A stretch of DNA of 64,000 bases from Macrostomum lignano (lineage: Eukaryota). The DNA lies in NCBI GenBank assembly GCA_002269645.1, contig NIVC01002620.1:1-64000 (forward strand), in the 5' to 3' direction. Under the pieces are notes generated by a model. The model saw only the letters and a program-made list of their open reading frames with translations. It ran no database searches and was not told where the DNA came from. Position numbers and translations under genes: made by a program. Below, piece after piece: positions 1 through 10,507 of the stretch (within the stretch, counting starts at the first letter, position 1; each line of letters opens with the position of its first letter).

Positions 1-1153
1 CAACAACGCACAGCAGCAACCCGGGCTCGCCTCGCTGATTAACCAGCGTAGCCGCCAGCTGATCCCGATGACTCGGCCGGCGCCGTAGCAGGCCCAGACT
101 AACCGAACCGGCTGGGCCCGATGCCGAAGCCGCCGTTAAGGAGTCCAGCTGAAACAAGACGGGCCGGCCGGCCGGTTCCAACGGATCGGCACACGCGCCA
201 CGGCGTGACAGAAACCGACCCGACGTCGGCGGTAAGCCGATCCGACGATACAGCGCAGTTAGCTCCGGCGACAACAAGCCTTGCTGCTGTTGCTGTTGCT
301 GCTTCTGCTCATTGCCGTCCGTGTCAACAACAACATCATCATCGTCATTGACGTTACCCGTCCCCGAAGTAGCTTCAGTCTCGTCGACGTCTTTATCGCT
401 GTCGGCTACAGCCCGCTGCTTGTCAGCCTCGCCGCGGTCAGCATTGTCTTCGCCGTCGACGTTGCCGGCGTCGTCGGCCTCGTCGCCGTTAGTGGTGACG
501 GTGGCGTCCAGGCAGGACTCGAGCGGCTGGCCGGGCCGATGGGTCAGCCGGGGCAGGCGGCACGGAGCCTGCCGCAGGAACCGGAGCTCCTCCACAGCCG
601 GACAGGTGGCGAGCCGAACTGCACGAAGGCGAAGCAGTTCCTCGGCACCGTGTCGGCGAACCGGCCTAAGCTGGTCTCGTTGACCAGCAGGCTGACGCCG
701 CCATCGGATGCATAGTGAATCGCCAGTCGGTCGCCAACCGCCAGCTGGCGAAGGCAGCGAGCGTAGGCCAGCTGTAGGACAGTCAGCTGACCGGCCTCCG
801 AGCAGCGATAGGCGCCGTCCTGACCGACCAGCCAACTGCGTCGGCGAGCCTGGCGAATTTCCACGCAGCTGGAGCTGGTGCGAGGCAGGCCTTCGCTCAG
901 GCCCAGGATCGGCGTCCCCGATCTGGCCGGAACGCGAGTACCCGAGGCCAGCTGGTCGATGCTCACCTCGAACAGGTGGTCGGGCTTCAACGGGCGCGAG
1001 CTGAACACCAGGCCGGAGCCGGTGGCCCGGATGCGGTCGTGCAGCTGGGCGGTTGAGAATGGCGAGGGAGATTGATAGCGTCAGGTAAGGCAGTGGTAGC
1101 AACAACTGCAGACAGACGGACACACAGACAGGCAGGTAGACAGAGAGACAGAC

Positions 1154-1226
<73 letters not shown>

Positions 1227-1407
1227 CAGACAGATAGACAGACAGACAGGCAGACAGACAGACAGATAGACAGACAGACACAGACAGACAGACACACAGA
1301 CAGACAGACACACACACAGACAGACAGACAGACAGACAGACACACAGACAGACAGACACACAGACAGACAGACACACAGACAGACAGACACACAGACAGA
1401 CAGACAC

Positions 1408-1438
<31 letters not shown>

Positions 1439-4400
1439 CACAGACAGACAGACAGACAGACAGACACACAGACAGACACACAGACAGACAGACACACAGA
1501 CAGACAGACACACAGACAGACAGACACACAGACAGACACACAGACAGACAGACACTCTCACAGACAGACAGACAGACAGACAGACAGACTCACCTGCACC
1601 CGGTCGCTGAACGCCCCAAAGCCAGCACCAGACGGAGCAGTCTCATTCCTCGCAGCCGACGACTTGCTCTCGGCCGCAGCGCTCGCACTAAAGCCCTGCT
1701 CATCTGCCGAGTCCTCAGCAGCAGCCACAGGCGCAGGGACGCCAGACGCTGCAGGGTCGTCAGTTTCTTCGGCGGCCACCGCGGCAGCTGCTGCGGCGGC
1801 GGCTTCAGCGTCGGCGGAAGCGTAGAACGACGCGTGCGGCAGCGGCGGCGGCGCGGGCACAGGCTGATGGCGGCGCACTGGCCGTAGAGGTCGACAACAG
1901 CGTAGACTCCGAGCGGCACTGCCGAACATGCCGGGCCCATATCGGCATCGTTGTGATAGAAGTGCAACTCGCCGGAGGCCTTCACGCAGATGCCGATCCG
2001 GTCGCCACGCCGAACCACGGCCGGGTCGTCCAGGTCCAGCGGGTAGCCGGTGCGCACCGTGGCGCCGTCCCGCATCACCGTGGAGCCCGACAGCAGCCAG
2101 CAGTCCTGCCTGATGTCTGTCAGGGTGGGGGGAACTGGCTCGGCGGAGCCGCGATCACACCGGCCTCCAGGGAGCCGCTCCACCGGTCCACCAGGTGGTC
2201 GATGCGAATTTCGAATATCTCATCTTCCAGCAGTGGCCGGGCAGACAGGCAGACCGCGTCGTTGAACTCAGCCGATGGGTTGGTGCGCCTGCGGTTGGGG
2301 AGAGAGTTTCCAGTCGGGAATACTGATGCCGCGAGTCCAGGATAGCCTAATTTGGTAGATCCCAGCTGGGCCAGCCTCCCAGATCCTCAGTTGCTGGGCA
2401 GCCTCCCAGATCCTCAGTTGCTGGCCAGCCTCCCAGATCCTCAGTTGCTGGACCAGCCTCCCAGATCCTCAGTTGCTGGGCCAGCCTCCCAGATCCTCAG
2501 TTGCTGGCCAGCCTCCCAGATCCTCAGTTGCTGGGCCAGCCTCCCAGATCCTCAGTTGCTGGGCCAGCCTCCCAGATCCTCAGTTGCTGGGCCAGTCTCT
2601 CAGATCCTTAGTTGCTGGGCCACCAGCCTCTCAGATCCTCAGTTGCTGGGCCACCAGCCTCTCAGATCCTCAGTTGCTGGGCCAGCAGCCTCCCAGATCC
2701 CCAGTTGCTGGGCCAGCCTCCCAGATCCTCAGTTGCTGGACCACCAGCCTCCCAGATCCTCAGTTGCTGGGCTACCAGCCTCCCAGATCCCAGTTGCTGG
2801 GCCAGCTTCCCAGATCCTCAGTTACTGGACCACCAGCCTCCCAGACCTTCAGTTGCTGGGCCAGCCTCCCGGATCCTCAGTTGCTGGGCCAGCCTCCCAG
2901 ATCCTCAGTTGCTGGGCCAGCCTCCCAGATCCTCAGTTCCCGACCAAAAAAGCACATAGAAATGCACAACAATCAGCAGAGGACAACACCACCACTAAGC
3001 AAGTGTCTCACCTGGCAGTTCTCTTATTATTCAGCAGAGCCACATTGCGGCCGTGCCGCTCGTGGAAGTAGTGCAGGTAGCAGGCGTCCAGGCGTATCAG
3101 CGCCTCGCCGTCCAGCAGCACCCGGGCGTACAGCGGCGCCGACACGCCGGCGGAATTCGGCGCGCCGCGCCAAATCTTCGTCGTTGCGAGCAAACCGGAC
3201 GCCGTCGCGACGAACGCAAACGGACAGGCTGGTGCCCGGCCCGGCTCGGACAGGCTCGGACAGACTCCAGCTGCGACCGCTGGGCGGTCCGGTGCCAGTG
3301 GTCACGCTTAGCTGCATAAAACGGGAGAGAGAGTTGACCTGATTGGCTTGTGTGCAGCAGGAACAACGGCTTCGTATACGATGATGGGCACTGCGTTTCT
3401 TAGAATATCTGTTGAGGGCTGAATTAGCGACTGAGGATCTGGGAGGCTGGCCCAGCAACTGAGGATCTGGGAGACTGGTGGCCCAGCAACTGAGGATCTG
3501 GGAGGCTGGTGGTCCAGTAACTGAGGATCTGGGAAGCTGGCCCGTTAACTGAGGATCTGGGAGGCTGGCACAGCAACTGAGGATCTGAGAGACTGGTTGC
3601 CCAGGCAACTGAGGATCTGAGAGACTGGTTGCCCAGGCAACTGAGACAGACTCACCTGCACGGAGCCGCTGACCACCAGCAGAGCGAACGGCTCCCCCAG
3701 TCTCAGCGGCCGGTTGCTGAGCAGCTCGCCCTGGCCGCTGGCCCTGGTGGCGCCGTCGCTGATCTGCACCCCGAACGGAGCCGCCGGACTGAAGGTCAGC
3801 TTCTCCGTCTCCTCGCGCTGGTCTTCGTCCTCGGAGAAAGTTGACAATAGCGGTGGCGCCGAGGAGGACGGCAGCGCCGACAGCTGAGGCCCGCAGGATT
3901 GTCGGGCAGCCTGGCTGACGCTCCTGCCGCTGAGCAGTCCGCGTGACACCAGCGTGACTTTGACGGACATGCCGTAGAGGTCCACCACTGCCCACTGGGG
4001 CCGGGAGACGCGACTGGCGGCAACGCCCTGCGTGCGTGCACAAGGCGATGGTTAAAGATGATTTTAGAAACCCACGTCAAATGAGAAATATGAAAACACC
4101 AAAGTCTAAGGCCTAAGGACCTAAGGACCAAGGTCAAATAACCAAGGTCAAAAGAACAAAGGTCAAATAACCAAGGTCAAATAACCAAGGTCAAAAGAAC
4201 CAAGGTCAAATAACCGCGGTCAAATAACCAAGGTCAAAAGAACCAAGGTCAAAAGAACCGAGGTCAAATAACCAAGGTCAAATAACCAAGGTCAAAAGAA
4301 CCAAGGTCAAATAACCAAGGTCAAATAACTGCGGTCAAATAACCAAGGTCAAATAACCAAGGTCAAAAGAACCAAGGTCAAAAGAACCAAGGTCAAATAA

Positions 4401-5933
4401 CCAAGGTCAAATAACCAAGGTCAAAGAGCCAAGGTCAAATAACCAAGGTCAAATTCACCAAGGTCAAATTCACCAAGGTCAAAAGAATCAACGTCAAAGG
4501 ACCAAAGCCAATAACTGATAACAAAAACAAGTGAAGGACGCAGCGCACCTGGTCCCGTCCGTTAATGTAGTACCGCAGGTCGCCCTCCGGAGAAATTCTC
4601 AATCCAATTCGGTCGCCCACTTTCAAACAGTCCAGGCTAACCTTGCCATACTCTCTGTGCGTTCCCTTGCCATTCATGAGTATGCCAGCGCCGCTCATTA
4701 TAATAGTGCCGGACCGCAACTGCGTCATAGTTGACGGCAATGTCAATCGTTCGGGATTGTGACTAGTAATCCCGACTTCAATAGATCCGCTCCATTTCTG
4801 TACCAGCTTGTCAATTCTAATTTCGAATAGTTCGTTATCCCGCAACGGCCTGCTGCTAACCACTACGCCGTTGTTAAACTCGTCGAACGGTTTGCGCCGT
4901 TCGGCAACCCGACGATCTGTGCTCAACCGGACTAGGGTGCCGCATTTCCGATGGAATGTCAGCTCCTCAGCGTCGTCCAGAAGAGCATCGTGACCGACAT
5001 CAGCCGCCGCCGCTAGACTACCGCCTTCATTGGGGTCTTCGTCGATATCTTCATCAACAAGAGCCGCAGCACCACCACAAGCAGCAGCAGCAGCAGCAGC
5101 CGCCGACGTCGGTTCCACATTCAACGTACTGGGACGTTCCGGACGTTCCAGACGACTGGCGCTCCCGTTGGCGCCGCCTGCCATGTCAAGCGCGGCGCTA
5201 ATCCTGCTGAGATTGGTCATGTGATCCAGCTGCAGCTGCGACATGGCCAATGCCAAGCTAAGCGGAGTGTTCTGCTGAGCAGCTGCGGTGCCGGGTTCGA
5301 CACTGTCTAAATCCAGACTGCTCCTTGACTGCGGCAGGCTCAGCACTGGCGAGCCAGCAGATTCAGCTGAAACAGTCGATACTCTCTGCTCGACATCAAT
5401 ATCATCTTCATCGTCAAGTAAATCGGTGTCGTCGTTTACTATGACAACGCGAACGCACTTGCCGTACAGATCCACAACGGCCCACACTGGAGAGGGCACG
5501 TTCCTAGCCGCCACGCCCAAGTCGACGCCGTTAACGTAAAAGTGCAAATCCCCGTCTGAGGTTCGCATAACGCCAACTGTGTCGTCCTCTTTCAACGATT
5601 CCAAATCGAGGCCGTAGTTCTCGCAGCTGGGGAAGCCGTCGCGGAGGACGGAGAAGCCGGACATGACCCAGGCTGACCTGGTCAGGTTGGAAGCGCTGCA
5701 CGGTAGAGGAGTCAGCGTGCTCGATTGCAGGCGGTGACGCCAATCTCTATGGAGCCGCTCCAAGCTAAGGTTTTATCCACAATTCGCACTGAGAACACCT
5801 GATAGTCGCGTAAAGGCCGATGACTGAACACGAGGCCATTGTTGAACTCGTTCAAATATGATCTCCGACGTGCACTTCTAAAGTCTGAATCTAGCACCAC
5901 TAGGGAGCCGGCCTGCTGATGAAACTTCGGCAT
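1..5933 (-). CDS. NEURL4: Neuralized-like protein 4 (NHR-repeat protein), 5 exons in window, 3' end runs off window; frameshifted as assembled
   Basis: Exons 5933-4549, 4027-3656, 3311-3012, 2288-1594 and 1044-<1, all with GT/AG boundaries. Repeated NHR motifs: [77 protein letters not shown]. About five NHR units are visible, two of them degenerate. The frame needs single-base insertions near 5723, 3150-3171 (two), 2127-2132, 1860 and 610. Confidence 0.9.
1109..1588. repeat. (GACA)n/(CA)-variant microsatellite in NEURL4 intron 4
   Basis: Direct reading. On the minus strand it starts immediately after the donor GTGAGT at 1593. Confidence 0.97.
2358..2938 (+). repeat. ~28-bp minisatellite (CCAGCCTCCCAGATCCTCAGTTGCTGGG) in NEURL4 intron 3
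   Basis: About 20 tandem units with 28-32 bp variants. Confidence 0.97.
3428..3645 (-). repeat. Inverted copy of the same ~28-bp minisatellite, in NEURL4 intron 2
   Basis: Unit ACTGAGGATCTGGGAGGCTGGCCCAGCA is the reverse complement of the 2358-2938 unit; about 7 copies. Confidence 0.95.
4125..4500. repeat. 14/16-bp minisatellite (AACCAAGGTCAAAT / AACCAAGGTCAAAAG) in NEURL4 intron 1
   Basis: Direct reading, about 25 units. Confidence 0.95.
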
Positions 5934-6104
5934 CTTTGACTGCGGACAGGGATGCTATAACTGGGGCGTCTTCTAGTAGCAAAGGCCGCTGATTTACTGC
6001 AAAAATGAGTTCAATTGGAGAACTTATTTTAATTGACGTTTAGGGCGCCTGAAAAATGGGACAAAAAAATTGGCGATGAATCAACTCCTCCAAACACCCA
6101 TCTC

Positions 6105-6860
6105 TTTCACAATGTACATTGGCGATTTATCGAACCCCCCAAAACATCCACCTCACTATCTACGCTGGCTAATTATCAACCCTCAAAACACCCACCTCAT
6201 TAACAATGTACATTGGCTATTTATCAACCCTCAAAACACCAACCTCACTCACTACGTCACTATGTACATTGGCTATTTATCAACCCTCAAAACACCAACC
6301 TCACTCACTACGTCACTATGTACATTGGCTATTTATCAACCCTCAAAACACCCACCTCATTAACGTTGTACATTGGCTATTTATCAACCCTCAAAACACC
6401 CACCTCATTAACAATGTACATTGGCTATTTATCAACCCTCAAAACACCCACCTCATTAACAATGTACATTGGCTATTTATCAACCCTCAAAACACCCAAC
6501 TCATTAACAATGTACATTGGCTATTTATCAACCCCAAAACACCCAACTCATTAACAATGTACATTGGCTATTTATCAACCCTCAAATCACCCACCTCACT
6601 CACTATGTACATTGGCTATTTATTAACCCTCAAAACACCCACCTCACTCACTATGTACATTGGCTATTTATCAACCCTCAAAACACCCACCTCACTCACT
6701 ATGTACATTGGCTATTTATCAACCCTCAAAACACCCACCTCACTCACTATGTACATTGGCTATTAATCAACCCTCAAAACACCCACCTCACTCACTATGT
6801 ACATTGGTTATTTATCAACCCTCAAAACACCCACCTCACTCAAAATGTACATCGGCTATT
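6105..6860. repeat. 48-bp minisatellite upstream of NEURL4
   Basis: Unit AATGTACATTGGCTATTTATCAACCCTCAAAACACCCACCTCATTAAC; 48-bp spacing checked at 6367/6415. Confidence 0.96.
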
Positions 6861-7379
6861 TACCAAGCTCCTTCTAAGGGGCAAAATGTTCATAGATAAA
6901 AAATAGCAACAATTTAATTAGTCGAGCAACTATCAGCGTGAAAGCAACTTAGGTAAGGTTCTTTGTCATGAATTCTGTGTACTTTAAAGCAGAAAAAATC
7001 GCAAGGAAAAAAATATAAAAATAAAATCTCATAAAGAGTACTCTTACAATATAGAAAATTTTGACAAAACTGCGTTAAAAAAACAAAAAAGAATAAAATC
7101 TGAACAGTGATTTCTGGCACAAAGAAAATGTGAAGAAAAATCTAGTTTTAAATAACATTCAGAAACAGACAAATTTCGCTATAAAATCACACAAAGCATG
7201 ATAGGAATTCAGCAGAGGTGCAATTGAATAGGAATAGAAGAAACAAGGAACAGTCTTCTCCAACAATACTACTTATTACACAGAAAAGTAGCAAGCAGTG
7301 CAATTGAATAACTGGATACAAAAACCCACAACTATAATAAACTACTGAAAATCTAAGTTAAAGCTACCAGATCTGACTG

Positions 7380-7745
7380 CAAATCTACCAATTTAAATAT
7401 ACCATACCTAACTGCAAATCTGCCATTATTTAACTACCAGATCTACCTGAAAATCTACCAATTAAAAGCTACAAAATCTAACGGCAAATCTAGCAATTTT
7501 AACTACCAGACCTAACTGCAAATCTATCAATTTGAAGCTACCAGATCTAACTGCAAATCTATCAATTTTAACTACCAGATTTCACTGCAAATGTACCAAT
7601 TTTTAACTACCAGACCTAACTGCAGATCTATCAATTTGAAGCTACCAGATCTAACTGCAAATCTATCAATTTTTAACTACTAGATCTAACTGCAACTCTA
7701 CCAGATTTAACTGCAAATATACCAATTTTAACTAGCAGATCAATT
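7380..7745. repeat. Degenerate ~33-bp tandem repeat (TAACTGCAAATCTATCAATTTTAACTACCAGATC-like)
   Basis: Recurrent CTAACTGCAAATCT and AACTACCAGA motifs. Confidence 0.85.
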
Positions 7746-7751
7746 TCAGCT

Positions 7752-8297
7752 TCATTTGCCACCAGAAGACACGGGACTCGCAGCATCGTCCCGCTGTCCG
7801 GCATTGAAGTATCCACTGGAGTTCTCATCTCTCGAGCCGCTGCCGCTAACTGAAGAAGCCAGCCCCTGGCCCTGATTGGGGTCGGGCCACCAAGCTCCCA
7901 GGTACCTGTAACTGTAGCGATGCTCTAAATCCGCCCAAAACTCCGACATCGCCACCTGATGGCCCCGAGGCGGCGGCGGCACCGGCTTGGGACCGAAAGC
8001 CGCGGGCACCCAGCCGACCTCTCCCGGCATGCTCGATCTCGGCCGCGGTACAAAAGCACCTCGTGTACTTTTGCCCAGGCCAGCCAGGCTGCTTGTGTGC
8101 TGGCCGCAGCCGCCTCCGTCGCCGCCCCACCAGCGCCAGTCGCCGACGTAGCGACCGGCGTCGGGGTCGACGGCAATCCGATGCGGCCGGGTGCCGTTCG
8201 GGCCGGAGTGCAGAGCGCCAGCGTAAGCCGGGATGCTGGCCCGATGCTGCTGCTGCTGCTGATGGCGGGGTTGACTTCCAGAGTTTGACTTAGACAT
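7752..8297 (-). CDS. Hypothetical protein, 181-aa orphan ORF
   Basis: GC-rich island in AT-rich flanks with an ATG-to-TGA ORF and a TTTCAG acceptor 27 nt upstream of the ATG. No family recognised. An overlapping frame is also open for part of the island. Confidence 0.5.
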   Translation of the reverse strand: MSKSNSGSQPRHQQQQQHRASIPAYAGALHSGPNGTRPHRIAVDPDAGRYVGDWRWWGGDGGGCGQHTSSLAGLGKSTRGAFVPRPRSSMPGEVGWVPAAFGPKPVPPPPRGHQVAMSEFWADLEHRYSYRYLGAWWPDPNQGQGLASSVSGSGSRDENSSGYFNAGQRDDAASPVSSGGK

Positions 8298-9587
8298 GGC
8301 CAGGATGATTTAATTAGCGAATCACTGAAATTTCATATTGAAATTAATATTACTTAGGATAGAATAGCGTAGACTTTAAAGTACATTTCTATGAAAGTAC
8401 ATTGCTCAAAATAAATTCAAAAGTACAACTTGCTAAAGTACTTATAATTAAAAGTACAGTACAGAAGTACACGTCCAAAATGACATTTAAAGGTCATTTT
8501 TTAAAAAATAACCTTCCCCGGTCAAAACAGTTGCGTCCCTCCAGTCGATGCAGGTAACACAGGTAAAAATATTATAGGAAAGAAGTGACACTAGACAATT
8601 CTAAAACGACGAGATGTCACGGTAGTGTACAAGTCGCCAAAAAGTCGTCTGTATAGATCTCGAGTCTGTCTATATATTCCTACTCGAGTCTAGTAGGAAG
8701 TTAAGCGCTAACACAGCGAGTCTTAAATGATTTTTTGGCGACGATTCTGAAACTCGTGTGATGCCCTCGTGACTCAACAGTCGCTATAAGTACAGAGTCA
8801 CGAAGTCTTGTCACGGAAAAGTTTTCAACGGGATTTTGAAGGTGCATCTTAAAATTGTATTACTAAAATCACTTGTTTAAACTCAAATGGCTTAAAATAC
8901 TAGTGAATAAAGAAGCGGCTATAAACAAAACAAAATAATATATAGAGCAAACAGAACCAATGCTTACACAGTTTTATTAATAATTCATATTATTACCTTG
9001 GCTTGATGCAGGTTAGAAGATATAATATAAGCATCATGTATCAGCCAATCTAAAGTATAACAAAACTATTTTATTTCATAAACATATTGTCTGAACATCT
9101 CCAAAATAAACATCGTCTTTAACAGAAAAAGCAAAGCTATAACAACAAGCAGCAGTAGAAGCCGAACAAAATAACAGAAAATCAAAATCAATATAAACAG
9201 ACAGGACAGGTAACTACCAAGTTGGTCTCCATGGAAAACTCTAATTATAATTCGTTAGCACAACAAAAAACTGTTTGCTAAAAACGGTCATGTCCTTCAA
9301 CTGGCCTGGGCAGTGATGAATCTGTAGCAAGCGCAGAGCTGCTTTCTGTATAAATTAAACACTATAAAAATAGTTCATATTTATTTATAACTTGAGCTCA
9401 AGGGGCGGACCCGACAGGATGTTCTGATGGTAAAAACGTTGATTAAATAAAAATAAGAACAAAAAATAGTTGGAAGAAATTCAAATCTGTGACGACCTAA
9501 GTAAATTTATAGCAATGACTTAATGGAATAGTGGTGTTTAAGCTGTGAATTCGTTGCTACCGGCTCCTGATCTGTAGACTGCGCTAA

Positions 9588-9746
9588 AACTGACTGACTG
9601 ACTGACTGACTGACTGACTGACTGACTGACTGACTGACCGACTGACAGACAGACATGCAGACAGGCAGACATGCAGACAGACAGACAGACACTAAGACAG
9701 ACAGACAGACACTAAGACAGACAGACAGACAGACAGACAGACACTA

Positions 9747-9791
<45 letters not shown>

Positions 9792-9890
9792 TGCAGACAG
9801 ACAGACAGACAGACAGACAGACAGGCAGATATGCAGATAGACAGACAGACAGACATGCAGACAGGCAGACAGACAGACAGGCAGACAGCA
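9588..9890. repeat. Compound (ACTG)n + (GACA)n microsatellite
   Basis: Direct reading; contains ACACTAAGAC variants. Confidence 0.95.
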
Positions 9891-10507
9891 TACATTGCTA
9901 TCCAGAGGTGTATTTTCAAAGCCTTAAAGTCCAATCCACAGCCAGCTTCGAAGCTATCAATCAAATAAACTTGGACAGTTAATTCGAAGCTGTCGGCATA
10001 GCCAAGTGATAAATAAACACTTCAAGTAATACTAGCAGTAATAATTAGCGGATGAATAGACAAAGAAAGAGTTCCGAGGAATTAATGCTGTTAAGTGGTT
10101 AAGTTGGAATGATATTAGTAATAAAAAACAAATTAAGCAGTCTGCAAGGCATAAATATTCAATGCAAGCACCACCGGCCTACTAATTTAAGTAGAGAAGG
10201 CGCTTATTTTATTCGTAAAATAAATTAATTAAAACCATTTGATGCCTCACTATAAGTAGCGTGCGTGTGATTATCGAAATTGAAAAAAATAATAAGGATG
10301 GACCACGGTACAGAATCTCATCCTTAGGGAACCTGATACTGCACCGCATATTTTATGTGACACTTTAAGAGTACAAATAAACCTTCAATGCAATGTATCA
10401 CGATAGTCTCACAGCCCCAACACATACACAGGTCCCTAGACGGACACAGCCACTGAGAAAAACGAACTAAATCGCACACAACCATAGTCTTATTCAGCTT
10501 CAAGAAA

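Noticed and set aside
121-2345. Plus-strand ORFs (121-351, 281-715, 1953-2345 and others)
   Set aside because: They are antisense shadows of GC-rich NEURL4 exons; the same applies to plus-strand ORFs over the GPCR and flotillin.
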